A program made the translations under genes and the position numbers. A stretch of 64,000 bases of DNA from an uncultured Clostridium sp. GTDB lineage: Bacteria; Bacillota; Clostridia; TANB77; CAG-508. Position 1 is the first letter of the stretch. Every line of letters begins with the position of its first letter. The stretch covers positions 54,136 through 118,135 of the forward strand of contig USGY01000002.1 in assembly GCA_900554365.1 (NCBI GenBank), read 5' to 3'. The notes under the pieces are model-generated. The model saw only the letters and a program-made list of their open reading frames with translations. It was not told the origin of the DNA and did no database searches. Shown here one piece after another: positions 28,276 through 37,923 of this stretch.

Positions 28276-28415
28276 GATAAAAAACTTATTAATTTTTATC
28301 AAAATATTTTGAAAAAAGTTCAAATTTTGAGTTTAGAAATTTGAACTTTTTTCTTTACTTTTGTCTTTAAATATACTATAATAAATTTAGTTTTTGAATT
28401 AAGTTAGCATTTAGT

Positions 28416-29252
28416 TTAGTCGCTTATGCTAGCTTTTTCTTTTTGATTTTTATCATTTCCTTTTAGTTCAATTCCATAACACATTCTATACAACTTTTGA
28501 ATAATAGCATTGGATAATTCTTTATCATTACTTTGATAAAATCTATGTAATAAACTTTCCTTATTAAATCTAGTTGTTATTATAATTGGTAGTTTATTTT
28601 CATTTCTATTTTCTATAATTGTATATAATTTATCTAGAGCCCACTGGCTTATTTTTTCTGTTCCTAAATCATCTATTACAACCATATCTGTATTTGAAAA
28701 TAATTCTATTAATTCATTTTCTGACTTTGAATTATCTTTAAAAGTTTCTTTGATCATATCTAACAATGATGATAACCTCCCCATCAACACTAGTTTATCT
28801 TCTTTAATTAATTCATTTGAAATTGATGCTGCTAAATGTGTTTTTCCTACGCCTGTATTTCCAGTAATAATAAGTCCATTTTCTTGTTTGTTTTCGGTAC
28901 ATTTTTTAGTGTAATCTTTTGCTATTTCAACTTCATTTTTATTAGAATCTGTTACTTTAAAATTGTTAAAATTATAATCCTTTAGTCTTTTACTAATGTA
29001 ATTTTGCGAATAAAACTGATTGATAATTTCCCTATAATGTTCATTCTTTTTCTGCTCTTGAACTTCTAAATCAATTCCTTTCCAAAATTCAATAGATTCC
29101 TTACAAGTACATCTTTCATATTCAATGGAATCTGGAGATATATTAGTATATAAATAATCTAAGCCTATTGGTTTTAATTCTTTTCCACAAAATTTGCATT
29201 TATTGTGAAAATTCTTTTGATAATTATTACATTTTGTATTCTCTAAATCCAT
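28416..29252 (-). CDS. DnaC/IstB-like AAA+ helicase-loader ATPase (phage replication)
   Basis: It has Walker A GNTGVGKTHLA and Walker B VVIDDLG, plus an N-terminal Cys-rich zinc-binding region. It is a paralog of 44752-45621. Confidence 0.8.
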   Translation of the reverse strand: MDLENTKCNNYQKNFHNKCKFCGKELKPIGLDYLYTNISPDSIEYERCTCKESIEFWKGIDLEVQEQKKNEHYREIINQFYSQNYISKRLKDYNFNNFKVTDSNKNEVEIAKDYTKKCTENKQENGLIITGNTGVGKTHLAASISNELIKEDKLVLMGRLSSLLDMIKETFKDNSKSENELIELFSNTDMVVIDDLGTEKISQWALDKLYTIIENRNENKLPIIITTRFNKESLLHRFYQSNDKELSNAIIQKLYRMCYGIELKGNDKNQKEKASISD

Positions 29253-29742
29253 TTATATTCTCATTCTCCTTTCTGTTATTTTCCATAATTTCTTCTAATG
29301 TATTATCTTCTTGTGCGTTATTTTCCGTTATTGTAACGTTACTTTTTTCTTTTTCACTTTTCAATCTTTCACGATATTTTTGTTGTCTTATTCTATTTTG
29401 TTCTTTATATTTTTCGGATGATTCAATACTTTGGTATTCATCCCAATTCTTGATTTTGTATGCTCCTTCTTCTACAATTATCATATTTAATTCTTGAAAT
29501 TTTTTAATAATTTTCTCAATCTTTTTCTTAGACTTTCCCATAATCTTAAAAAAATCTTCTATTGTCATTGGTTTATTATCTCCTATTACTAATTTACCAT
29601 CGCAATTACATTCTATAGCAATAGTCAATAATTGAATCCATACTCTAAAATATGTATCTCCATCTTGTTCTTTTAGTAATATTTGAATTTTTCTGTTTGA
29701 AAATATTTTAATTTCAATTTTTAACCATTGTAAATTATACAT
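29227..29742 (-). CDS. phage replisome organizer N-terminal domain protein (replication initiator)
   Basis: The 171-aa ORF shares IFSNRKI.ILLKE..GDTYFR.WIQ.LTIA.ECN.DG with the paralog at 45593-46063, consistent with the Phage_rep_org_N family. Confidence 0.65.
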   Translation of the reverse strand: MYNLQWLKIEIKIFSNRKIQILLKEQDGDTYFRVWIQLLTIAIECNCDGKLVIGDNKPMTIEDFFKIMGKSKKKIEKIIKKFQELNMIIVEEGAYKIKNWDEYQSIESSEKYKEQNRIRQQKYRERLKSEKEKSNVTITENNAQEDNTLEEIMENNRKENENINGFREYKM

Positions 29743-29770
29743 ATCCTCCTTTCCTCACTTTCCTTACAAT

Positions 29771-29968
29771 CTAGCTAATAGATTGTTGTTCCATTTTTTC
29801 TAAATATTCATCTAGTGCTTGTACTCTAAATAAATATTTTCCACCAACTTTTGAGCATGGTATTTGCTTTCTTCTTACTAATTGATTAACTAACCAATAA
29901 GATATTCCTAAATACTCTGCTGCTTCTTTCATTGTTAGTGTAGTTCTTTGAACTTTTTGTAATTCCAT
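29771..29968 (-). CDS. xis: excisionase-family helix-turn-helix DNA-binding protein (Xis-like)
   Basis: The 65-aa ORF has the excisionase-type MerR-like HTH LTMKEAAEYLGISYWLVNQLVRRKQIPCSKVGGKYLF. Its paralog is at 46078-46293. Confidence 0.7.
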   Translation of the reverse strand: MELQKVQRTTLTMKEAAEYLGISYWLVNQLVRRKQIPCSKVGGKYLFRVQALDEYLEKMEQQSIS

Positions 29969-30117
29969 AGTATCACCTCCAATTTCTTTGTTATTATGTA
30001 TTGACTTTTGTTAGCAAATGTATTATATTGTGTGTAGTTAACTTTGTAAATACTTTATGGGTTATTTTGATAGCAAGTTAGCTTTATACATTTTTATTAA
30101 CTGTTAACGGAGGAATT

Positions 30118-31155
30118 ATGAATAAAATTAATAATGAAATACACATTTCTATTAATACTAGAGAAAATCTTAATCACATAACTTTATTATATGGAGATTT
30201 AAAGAAATTACATTACTATACTTTAGGTGAACTTTCTAATTATCATTTCTTTATTAAAGATCACTTATCATTTTATCGTACTGGAACAAATTTAATTGAC
30301 TTTTTAAATACAGATTTTTCTAATTTTGATGAGTATTTCGTTTGGTTTACTAAGTTTTTTACATCTTATGTTAAATACTTTGAAGAAGCTGATATTAAAA
30401 AATTAATAATTGACAAGTCCTATAGTTACAATGATATAGAAACACTGGCAAGAAAATATTTTGAAATAATAAAAAAAGATGCTGAAAAAGTTCAAGCAAT
30501 CTATTCTGAATTTGTTGACTATATTTTTAACAAGCATAGCATGGAAAATTCAAGAAAAATGACTAACCAGATGAGATTTTATATTTATTACACATCACAT
30601 TTTAAAACATTAAAACCATATGTTACTGATTTTCAAATAGATAATGCTTTCAATTATAAAATCTTTCCCGAATATCTAGAAAAGGGTGAAGATAAATTAT
30701 TAGAGTTTTTTACAACTGGACAACATTTTGCTGATGTATATTCTGATATTGGCGCAACTAGTTCTAATATTTATACCATATTATATATTACACTATTTCA
30801 ATTCGTGGAAGAAAACAATTTTATAATAAAAAAATGTAAGAATTGTGATAAATATTTTATAACAGATAATCTTAGAGTTAATTATTGTAATAATTTATTT
30901 AAAGGAACTCAAACTTGCAAAGATATTGGTAATCAAATCGCTCAAAGGATTAAGCAAGAAAATGATAAAGTTTATGGCAAATATCGTAAAATATATTCTA
31001 AAAAGGCTATGTTAGTTAAACGTAATCCTGATATAGAAGTTTATAAAAAGAATTACGAAAATTGGAAAAAAGAAGCTAAAAAATTTATGGATAATATAAG
31101 AAATGAAAAGAAAACTTATGAAGAATTTAATAAGTGGTTAGATAAAAATAAATAA
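30118..31155 (+). CDS. conserved hypothetical protein with a C-terminal Cys4 zinc-ribbon (paralog of 46475-47470)
   Basis: A 345-aa ORF with the KKCKNCDKYFI...YCNN...CKDIG pattern. It lies upstream of int on the same strand in both elements. Confidence 0.45.
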   Translation: MNKINNEIHISINTRENLNHITLLYGDLKKLHYYTLGELSNYHFFIKDHLSFYRTGTNLIDFLNTDFSNFDEYFVWFTKFFTSYVKYFEEADIKKLIIDKSYSYNDIETLARKYFEIIKKDAEKVQAIYSEFVDYIFNKHSMENSRKMTNQMRFYIYYTSHFKTLKPYVTDFQIDNAFNYKIFPEYLEKGEDKLLEFFTTGQHFADVYSDIGATSSNIYTILYITLFQFVEENNFIIKKCKNCDKYFITDNLRVNYCNNLFKGTQTCKDIGNQIAQRIKQENDKVYGKYRKIYSKKAMLVKRNPDIEVYKKNYENWKKEAKKFMDNIRNEKKTYEEFNKWLDKNK

Positions 31156-31241
31156 AGGAAAAGTTCAATTACTTTTCCTCTCTTTATATATAATTAATTT
31201 ATGACCATTTTCAACTTATTTATATTTCATATCTATGTCTA

Positions 31242-31928
31242 TTATATTTCTTTGCAAATATTATACTCATCAATATTGTCTAGTCTTTCATAAGATTCAT
31301 CTATATATTTGTCTATATTATTAATAAAATCTTTCCACTTAACGGCTTTTATATAGCTGCATTCTCCAGAATATATTTTTTTACTTGAATCATTTTGGCA
31401 TTCCGTTTGTAATTTATCCTTTTTATTAAATTTGTTTTCTCTTAAAATTTTAAATAATTTATTCGTATAATGAGTTCTACAAAAAGAAAAGCAACATGTA
31501 TGATCTTCCAAATAATAACTATATGAATCATTACTATCTGGTAATACAACAGCTAGCATTGCATTAGTTTTACTTGTTACATCTTGTCCAGATTCGTTTT
31601 TTCTTTTAGTTTCTTTAAGTGAATATGATATTTCCCATGGTATCCATTGATTCCTATCACTTTTTCCTTCTTCTTTCATTTTGGGAGAAATAAAAACTAT
31701 AGTTAGTGTACTATCATAAATCCTATCTTTTAATTTTTCCCATATGGTATCTTCGCTTAAATTAGATAAATCTTCTCCTTCACTTTCTCCTTTAAAAATA
31801 TGATTTGAACTATCTATTCTGTTTTCTAATTCGGTAACATAGTCTCTTACAGTAGAATTTTCCCAATAATTTAAATTTTTAACATCGTCATCTGCATATT
31901 TATATGATACAAATATTTTGTGTCCCAT
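31242..31928 (-). CDS. TIR-like domain protein (DUF1863/ThsB-like, second TIR of the operon) with a Cys-rich C-terminal extension
   Basis: It has KIFVSYKYADDD at the N-terminus and the TLTIVFISPKM...WIPWEISYSL pattern typical of bacterial TIR-like domains. A 13-nt gap separates it from the ThsB gene. Confidence 0.6.
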   Translation of the reverse strand: MGHKIFVSYKYADDDVKNLNYWENSTVRDYVTELENRIDSSNHIFKGESEGEDLSNLSEDTIWEKLKDRIYDSTLTIVFISPKMKEEGKSDRNQWIPWEISYSLKETKRKNESGQDVTSKTNAMLAVVLPDSNDSYSYYLEDHTCCFSFCRTHYTNKLFKILRENKFNKKDKLQTECQNDSSKKIYSGECSYIKAVKWKDFINNIDKYIDESYERLDNIDEYNICKEI

Positions 31929-31941
31929 TTTTTTCCCTTCC

Positions 31942-32409
31942 TTATTCTTCTATCCATTTTCCAAAGTTTTCATATCCATTGTCATTTATCCAATCATATG
32001 TCTTTGCTATCTGAAAGAAATATACATCTTCTCCATTTGAATTTTTTCCTAAACTTCCAAAAGTTGTATCACCTTTAGAAGATGTTAAACCAGTTCTCAT
32101 ATCTTTTATATTGTGTATATAAATTCCTATTATTTTATTTCCTCTTTTATAACTTTGTTGAAGTTCATATCTAACGAATTTTCTATTACTAGTTTCTGCA
32201 CCTATTAACACAGCTGTAACGCTTGTTCCAATTAATTGTTCATCTATCCAATCATATACTGCCTTATCTCCTTTTGCTTTTATTTTCTCAAATTCTGCTT
32301 TATCTATAAATCCAGCATCCTTATTACCTCTTATAACCCAACTATTTCTAACAACATTTGCTCTATTTACATCATTATCATAATGAAAACTAAAAAATAC
32401 ATTTTTCAT
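31942..32409 (-). CDS. thsB: Thoeris ThsB (TIR-domain signalling protein)
   Basis: The 155-aa ORF closely parallels B. cereus ThsB: VFFSFHYDNDVNRANVVRNSWV aligns with VFFSFHYQDVIDFRVNVVRNHWV, SVTAVLIGAETSNRKFVRYEL...GNKIIGIYIHN aligns with SVTCVLIGSQTFNRRWVRYEI...GNKIIGIHIN, and the C-terminal YDWINDNGYENFGKWI aligns with YDWVADDGYNKFSSWV. Confidence 0.85.
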   Translation of the reverse strand: MKNVFFSFHYDNDVNRANVVRNSWVIRGNKDAGFIDKAEFEKIKAKGDKAVYDWIDEQLIGTSVTAVLIGAETSNRKFVRYELQQSYKRGNKIIGIYIHNIKDMRTGLTSSKGDTTFGSLGKNSNGEDVYFFQIAKTYDWINDNGYENFGKWIEE

Positions 32410-32423
32410 TTAACTTCACCTCT

Positions 32424-32900
32424 CTAAATAAATTTTAGTAAAATTGTAATACAAATAAATAATATATAAAATCCTATTACAGAAAAAGACCTTACAGCCT
32501 CTAGCATAACAGCAAAAACTTCATATTTTAAATCTGTATTTTTAGGATTCATATTATATATTTCTTTCTCATCTATTTGATTTTCATTTAATTTTTTTAC
32601 AAAATTATTATATCTTTTTCTATACATTCTTTCAAAAGCCAAATAGTAAGTATCCATAATCATTCCTACCAAAGCTATAATTAGTCCTACCCACCAATAT
32701 CCTTTTAATTCTTTAACAGCTATTAGAATAGTAATGAATATTGTATATACCACTGCTATTAACGCTTTAATATTAGCACTATTTCCACCCATTCTGCTTA
32801 TAACATTTTGTAAAAATTCTAAATAAGCAACTACTGATGAACGATCTTTTAAATCAATTATTTTCTCTTTTGCATTTATCTTTGTATTATCTTTTTCCAT
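32424..32900 (-). CDS. small 3-TM membrane protein, first gene of the TIR operon (candidate non-canonical Thoeris effector)
   Basis: The 158-aa ORF has a ~45-aa soluble N-terminus followed by three predicted transmembrane helices. A 14-nt gap separates it from thsB. It is too short to hold SIR2/SLOG or Macro domains. Confidence 0.45.
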   Translation of the reverse strand: MEKDNTKINAKEKIIDLKDRSSVVAYLEFLQNVISRMGGNSANIKALIAVVYTIFITILIAVKELKGYWWVGLIIALVGMIMDTYYLAFERMYRKRYNNFVKKLNENQIDEKEIYNMNPKNTDLKYEVFAVMLEAVRSFSVIGFYILFICITILLKFI

Positions 32901-33143
32901 TTTTCTTCTCCTATTCTTTCGACAGATTATATCATATTTTCTGTAAATAATCCAGTATTTTCAAATAATTTTAGTCTTCAAATTTTCGACATTTTTTTAC
33001 ATTTTATTACATTTATAAATTTTTTAAGTTTCTTTTTGAAAACTATTGCATTTTGTTAACTATTATTATATAATACTTTTGTTAACGATTATATGAATAC
33101 TCCTCCCACCCATAGTTATACTTGAAAGGAGGTGAAATAAGTA

Positions 33144-34337
33144 ATGGCTGGGAGTATAGAAAAAAGAGGAAAAAATAGTTACAGGCTAACGGTATCTGAA
33201 GGATTTGACTTAAATGGAAATCCAATGATACACAGAAAGACAGTACATGGAACTAAAAAAGATGCAGAAGTTGAACTAGCAAAGTTTGTTACTGAAGTGC
33301 AAAATGGTTTAGTTGTTGATGGTAAATCTCTTAAATTTTCTGAATTTACTGAGATATGGAAACGAGATTATGGTTCAAAAGAACTTGCTCCTTCTACATA
33401 TAAACGTTATTGCAGAATGTTAGAAACAAGACTTTTACCATATTTCGGACATTTTTACATTAATAAAATTAGACCAACTGACATTATGAAGTTTTATGAT
33501 TTACTTGAAAAAGATACTCAGCTAACTAGAAAAAAAGGCAACAATGGAGAAAAAACTAAAAAGCCTTTGTCTGGTAAAACAATTTTAGAACATCATAGGT
33601 TACTTCGTGCAATGCTACACAGAGCAGTTTATTGGCAACTTATTGTTAGTAATCCTGCTGAACGTGTTCAAGCACCTAAGGCAAAAAAGCCTAAAAGAAA
33701 ATCTTATGATGATGAACAAACTAAAATATTACTAGAGAATTTAGAACAACTTTCTATAGAAGATACTAAGTACAAAGTTGCTATCATTCTTACTGTTTTT
33801 ACTGGTGTTCGTTTAGGTGAATTAATGGGATTGGAATGGCAAGACGTTGATTTCAAAAATGGAATAATCAGTATTAATCGTTCTAGTCAGTATCTATCAG
33901 ATATGGGAGTCTTTACAAAAGTTCCAAAAACAGAAAGTTCCATTAGAGAAATCGCAATACCCGAATTTATCATTTCTTTGCTTGAGGAATATAAGTTATG
34001 GTATGAAGAGCAAAAATTGATTTATAGCGAATTGTGGAACGATTCTAATAGGTTATTTGTACAAGCAGATGGCAAGCCAATGCATCCTTCTACAATCAGC
34101 AAATGGTTTGTTAGATATGTTGGACAAATTGGATTACCTGTAATTAATTTTCACGGATTAAGACATACAAATGCAAGTTTATTAGTTGCACAAAATGTTG
34201 ATATTGCAGTAATTTCTGCGAGATTAGGTCATGCACAAATAAGTACTACACTTGATTTTTATGTGCATCCACTACTTTCTCATAATAGAAAAGCTGGCTA
34301 TGCACTAGAAAACTTGTTATTACCAACAAGGTCTTAA
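33144..34337 (+). CDS. int: tyrosine-type site-specific integrase (phage integrase family), element A
   Basis: The 397-aa ORF has the catalytic motifs R...HGLRHT...LGHAQISTTLDFYVH, an N-terminal SAM-like domain, and an RBS GAAAGGAGGTG identical to that of the element-B integrase. Confidence 0.9.
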   Translation: MAGSIEKRGKNSYRLTVSEGFDLNGNPMIHRKTVHGTKKDAEVELAKFVTEVQNGLVVDGKSLKFSEFTEIWKRDYGSKELAPSTYKRYCRMLETRLLPYFGHFYINKIRPTDIMKFYDLLEKDTQLTRKKGNNGEKTKKPLSGKTILEHHRLLRAMLHRAVYWQLIVSNPAERVQAPKAKKPKRKSYDDEQTKILLENLEQLSIEDTKYKVAIILTVFTGVRLGELMGLEWQDVDFKNGIISINRSSQYLSDMGVFTKVPKTESSIREIAIPEFIISLLEEYKLWYEEQKLIYSELWNDSNRLFVQADGKPMHPSTISKWFVRYVGQIGLPVINFHGLRHTNASLLVAQNVDIAVISARLGHAQISTTLDFYVHPLLSHNRKAGYALENLLLPTRS

Positions 34338-34499
34338 TTTGAACTTTTTTCTGATTTTCACAAATTACAAATTTTCACGATAAAAAATAAAAGGCAACTA
34401 AATATATTTTTTTAGATTTCCCATTGCCTTTTGTAATGTATAAAAAGTATAAAATGATAATGAATTTTTATTGATATTTAAGGCGTTTGAGGTATTTAT

Positions 34500-34522
34500 T
34501 TTACCCAATTTTTACCCAATTC
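34500..34522. repeat. tandem arm-type repeat TTTTACCCAATTTTTACCCAATT (right arm of element A)
   Basis: Identical to the repeat at 16046-16068. Confidence 0.6.
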
Positions 34523-34620
34523 AACATAACATTGTCACTTTCAAACATTATTGCAACCAATTTAAAGGCATAAAAAAATACCCACAGTCATTGAAACTGT
34601 AAGTATTTATCCAATGGTTG

Positions 34621-34665
34621 CGGGAGTAAGACTCGAACTTACGACCTTCGGGTTATGAGAATTTG
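34621..34665 (-). repeat. att core: 3' half of the initiator tRNA-Met (anticodon loop to CCA) without the 5' half
   Basis: The reverse complement, CTCATAA-CCCGA-AGGTC-GTAAG-TTCGAGT-CTTAC-TCCCGCA-A-CCA, folds as anticodon loop (CAU) + 3' anticodon stem + variable loop + a perfect T-arm (TTCGAGT loop) + acceptor 3' strand ending CCCGCAACCA, as in tRNA-fMet. The upstream sequence does not supply the pairing 5' half. Confidence 0.7.
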
Positions 34666-34776
34666 ATTGTGATTTTTGAGGAATTTTGTTAACTTGAGTT
34701 TTTATTAGTTTAAATAGGGTTAGAGCAAATTGGTGAGATTATGAAATAGGTTAAAATTGGTTGTTTTTTGCAACGA

Positions 34777-34797
34777 TTGTCACCAATTTGTCACCAA
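34777..34797. repeat. tandem arm-type repeat TGTCACCAATTTGTCACCAAT (left arm of element B)
   Basis: A direct tandem repeat. The related variant GTCCCCAATTTGTCCCCAC lies at the right end, 48805-48823. Confidence 0.55.
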
Positions 34798-34827
34798 TAA
34801 TTTTTAATAAAAATGGAGGTTTTAACA

Positions 34828-35121
34828 ATGAATAATTTTAGAGAAGTTAATAATGATATTTTAAAAGAATGGTTAATTTTTAGAGAGGATGACTTAGCAT
34901 CACTAAAGTGTGATGAAGATAGAAAACATTTTGTTTATTTTGATGAGATTAGTGCAAACATTTTAAGAAATGTTCCTAAGGAGAATAAAAAATATGTACA
35001 GAAACAATTAAGTAAATTGGATGAGAATTTTATGGATTATATTTTTTATTGGAATGAGAAGTATTATAGAAATGGTTTTGTCGATGGTGTGCAGTTAATT
35101 GGTGGATGCTTCAGTGAATAA
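34828..35121 (+). CDS. conserved att-proximal hypothetical protein (paralog of 16224-16514)
   Basis: The start is set at the ATG that follows the GGAGG RBS; the track ORF starts 15 nt earlier inside the RBS. Confidence 0.6.
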   Translation: MNNFREVNNDILKEWLIFREDDLASLKCDEDRKHFVYFDEISANILRNVPKENKKYVQKQLSKLDENFMDYIFYWNEKYYRNGFVDGVQLIGGCFSE

Positions 35122-35127
35122 TATTAT

Positions 35128-35154
35128 AAAAGGCGAGAAAGTTCTCGCCTTTTA
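35128..35154. terminator. bidirectional rho-independent terminator
   Basis: AAAGGCGAGAA-AGTT-CTCGCCTTTT perfect hairpin with a T-run, between convergent genes. Confidence 0.7.
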
Positions 35155-37896
35155 TATTGAATTTATTTTATTTTTAATAAGATTAACATCTTTATTATCT
35201 TCAATATGTTTTATAGTAGATATGATTTTATTTTGGCATTCTGGAGACCAATAAATTTTTAATTTTTCTTTTGCTCTAGTTATTGAAGTATAAAAAATAC
35301 TATGCGTAATTAATTCATCAATTTCATTTGTTATTATAATTTTTACAGAATTATACTCTAAGCCTTGTGATTTATGAATAGAAACTGCATATGCAACTGA
35401 GAAAGGTACAATTGTTGCTAGATCAGAATCATTATCCTCATCAGCATTTCTATACTTATTGACATAGAATTTTACAATTGATTTATTATTTTCAGATTCT
35501 CCTACCAATTCTAAATCTAAAAATTGTATTTCTAATTCATTAATTACTTTATCTATTTCTACTGAAAACCAAAATCTAAACTCATCTTCTTCTATATCTA
35601 CAATTTTGCCTTTTAAGTTATTATATATTACTGGTGAAAATCTATTAGTATCTCCAAATATAATTGGGTCTCCCACTTTATAAGTACCTAAATCTAAAAC
35701 TATTGACTTGTTTTTATTCTCATTTTGCAAATAGTAATTTATGCTATTTATTCCATATAATCCATCATAATTTAGACAAAGTATAATTTCATCTTCATCC
35801 TGCTTTTTAAATATTTCTTCACTAATTTCTTCTGAAAATTCTTTCTTTACTAACATTTCATCCACTCTATCATCGCCATTTCTAACCAATTCCCATAAAT
35901 CTAGCAATTCTTGTTTTGTACTTCTCCATGTAAAGTTTAATTCAAATACCGATGTTGGATTTACTAATTTTTTTGATAATGTAAACCAGTTTCCAAATGT
36001 AATAGATTCAATCTGGTAAATATCTCCAGCAAGCAATATAGCACTAAAATTTGCCTTTTCTAAAATTTGTCTCATATCCAAATTACTAATTGTACTACAT
36101 TCATCAATAATTAAAATGTCACATTCAGTATTATTGTTGGATTCACTAATAAATTTATGTACTGTCATAAAATCAGAATTTTGATTATTTACATTACTTT
36201 TTAGGTTTTCAACAGCAGAATTTGTATTAGCTAAGCATATTTTTCTTTCATTACTATAAAAGTATGTCAAATGTTTAATTAGAGTAGTTTTTCCTGTTCC
36301 AGCAGCCCCATATATTAGAGCAACTGTACTATTTTCATACATATTTAATAATATATTTTCTTTTTCTGGGCAATTAATTAAGTAATTTCCTTGATTTATA
36401 AAACTTTGAAATGATGCTTTATAGCCTCTTATTCCATGATTTGTCAAGGAGTTCAACTTATTAATTATATTAATAGTGTCATCTTCATATCCATGAATAT
36501 ATAAATTATTATTTTCTATTACCAAACACCTATTAGGTTTATGTTTATAATAAATTTTATTATTATAAGAATTGACCAATGTAGGAATATCTCCAAATTT
36601 TCTAACCTCATCTATACTAGTATATAATTTATTATTTTGCTCTGTATTCTTTTTTATATAACCTGCTAATAATTCATCATTTCTACCTTCTATAGGGACT
36701 ATATCTATCAAATCATATATTGTTGGATTATGATTTATTAATGATGATGCATATGGCATTTCCTCAAATGGAATGCACCCAAATTGCAAGTATAAATTCG
36801 ATAGAATAGAACAACTATCTAATGCAAGTTGATCCTTTATAATCCTATTATTGCAATTATATAATAAATATCTTAGTACAACATGTCCTTTACTATTATT
36901 TTTTATATAATATCTACAGTTATCAATTAAATCCAATATTCCAGTTGTTGTTGAATTACTTTTTATTTTTTCTTTTATTTTATCATAATATATATCATTT
37001 ATTGTTGCTAAATCTAATAAACTATATTGTGCTTTTGTTAGTAAGCTCATAACTTCTGTATATTCTTTGTTGTTAGCTTTATATTTTTTATTAATTCCAA
37101 AAACCTTATAAAAATTATTTATTTCACATTCTCTTATAGCAACAGACCAGTTGTTTATTATATTTATTGCCATGTCTCTTCCAAGAATATTTACTTTTGC
37201 TTTAACAATAGACAACTTTATTGAATAATTTGGCATAATATGCATTCTAGTAAATGCTATAATTTTATCATACTTATTAACCTTATCTTTAGCTGGTGAC
37301 AAAGTAACTTCATAATATATTTTTCCATTAACAAAAAAAGTTTTTAATTTTTGTACATAATATTTATCTCCACTGAATTGATCAGATGTATTAGTTGGAA
37401 CCTTTTTTATTACATCAGCAACCTTTTTATAATAATCACTAAAAGTACTATCTAAATCAAGTGGAAAATCAGTTATATTATTTAGAATATCTATGTTATA
37501 CAATATCTTCATATAATCCTTCAATAATATTAGATATTTATAGTATTTAAGCATAAGTCTTTCTGCAGAATCATCGTTTTCTATATAGTGTGATCTTGAT
37601 ATCTGCAGATAATAATGGAATCTTTCAATAAATTTTATTTTTCCCCTACTTTTTATATAATCTAATGCAATTCTAACAGTTCCATTGTCGTAATTAATTG
37701 TTTCTGTCTTTCCAGTTAAATATATCTTAACAGCAATATATTCTACAAAAGTTCTTAATGCATTTAATAAGTTTTGAGATAAAAATCCGCGGTCATCATC
37801 AGAAAATTTTTTTATATTTCGTTCAATATTAGAATTAGCTTCCATTATTTTTTTATCTATACTATTAAAATCATATTTTTCTTCAATTTTTATCAT
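35152..37896 (-). CDS. large protein with a C-terminal SF1 (RecD/Dda/UvrD_C_2-like) helicase domain and a ~500-aa N-terminal region of unknown function
   Basis: It has Walker A GAAGTGKTT, Walker B ILIIDE, and the SF1 C-terminal motif SIHKSQGLEYNSVKII...FYTSITRAKEKL. The start is trimmed to MIKIEEKY, which has an RBS. Confidence 0.55.
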   Translation of the reverse strand: MIKIEEKYDFNSIDKKIMEANSNIERNIKKFSDDDRGFLSQNLLNALRTFVEYIAVKIYLTGKTETINYDNGTVRIALDYIKSRGKIKFIERFHYYLQISRSHYIENDDSAERLMLKYYKYLILLKDYMKILYNIDILNNITDFPLDLDSTFSDYYKKVADVIKKVPTNTSDQFSGDKYYVQKLKTFFVNGKIYYEVTLSPAKDKVNKYDKIIAFTRMHIMPNYSIKLSIVKAKVNILGRDMAINIINNWSVAIRECEINNFYKVFGINKKYKANNKEYTEVMSLLTKAQYSLLDLATINDIYYDKIKEKIKSNSTTTGILDLIDNCRYYIKNNSKGHVVLRYLLYNCNNRIIKDQLALDSCSILSNLYLQFGCIPFEEMPYASSLINHNPTIYDLIDIVPIEGRNDELLAGYIKKNTEQNNKLYTSIDEVRKFGDIPTLVNSYNNKIYYKHKPNRCLVIENNNLYIHGYEDDTINIINKLNSLTNHGIRGYKASFQSFINQGNYLINCPEKENILLNMYENSTVALIYGAAGTGKTTLIKHLTYFYSNERKICLANTNSAVENLKSNVNNQNSDFMTVHKFISESNNNTECDILIIDECSTISNLDMRQILEKANFSAILLAGDIYQIESITFGNWFTLSKKLVNPTSVFELNFTWRSTKQELLDLWELVRNGDDRVDEMLVKKEFSEEISEEIFKKQDEDEIILCLNYDGLYGINSINYYLQNENKNKSIVLDLGTYKVGDPIIFGDTNRFSPVIYNNLKGKIVDIEEDEFRFWFSVEIDKVINELEIQFLDLELVGESENNKSIVKFYVNKYRNADEDNDSDLATIVPFSVAYAVSIHKSQGLEYNSVKIIITNEIDELITHSIFYTSITRAKEKLKIYWSPECQNKIISTIKHIEDNKDVNLIKNKINSI

Positions 37897-37923
37897 ATTA
37901 ATTAGTCCCTTCTCATATAATGT

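Larger units (their letters stand above)
15905..34665. mobile_element. integrative element A (PICI/satellite-like): int, xis, replisome organizer, DnaC-like loader, plus Gabija, R-M and Thoeris-like cargo
   Basis: The right end is the att at 34621-34665 next to int at 33144-34337. The left end is the degenerate att at 15905. TTTACCCAAT x2 arm repeats sit at both ends (16046 and 34500). Confidence 0.65.

Noticed and set aside
28132-28323. 63-aa minus-strand ORF (MNFFQNILIK...) upstream of the 224-aa paralog
   Set aside because: It lies entirely within the highly conserved structured noncoding leader. Its reading frame is not preserved in the second copy (44441-44612), which carries an indel, so it is unlikely to be protein-coding.
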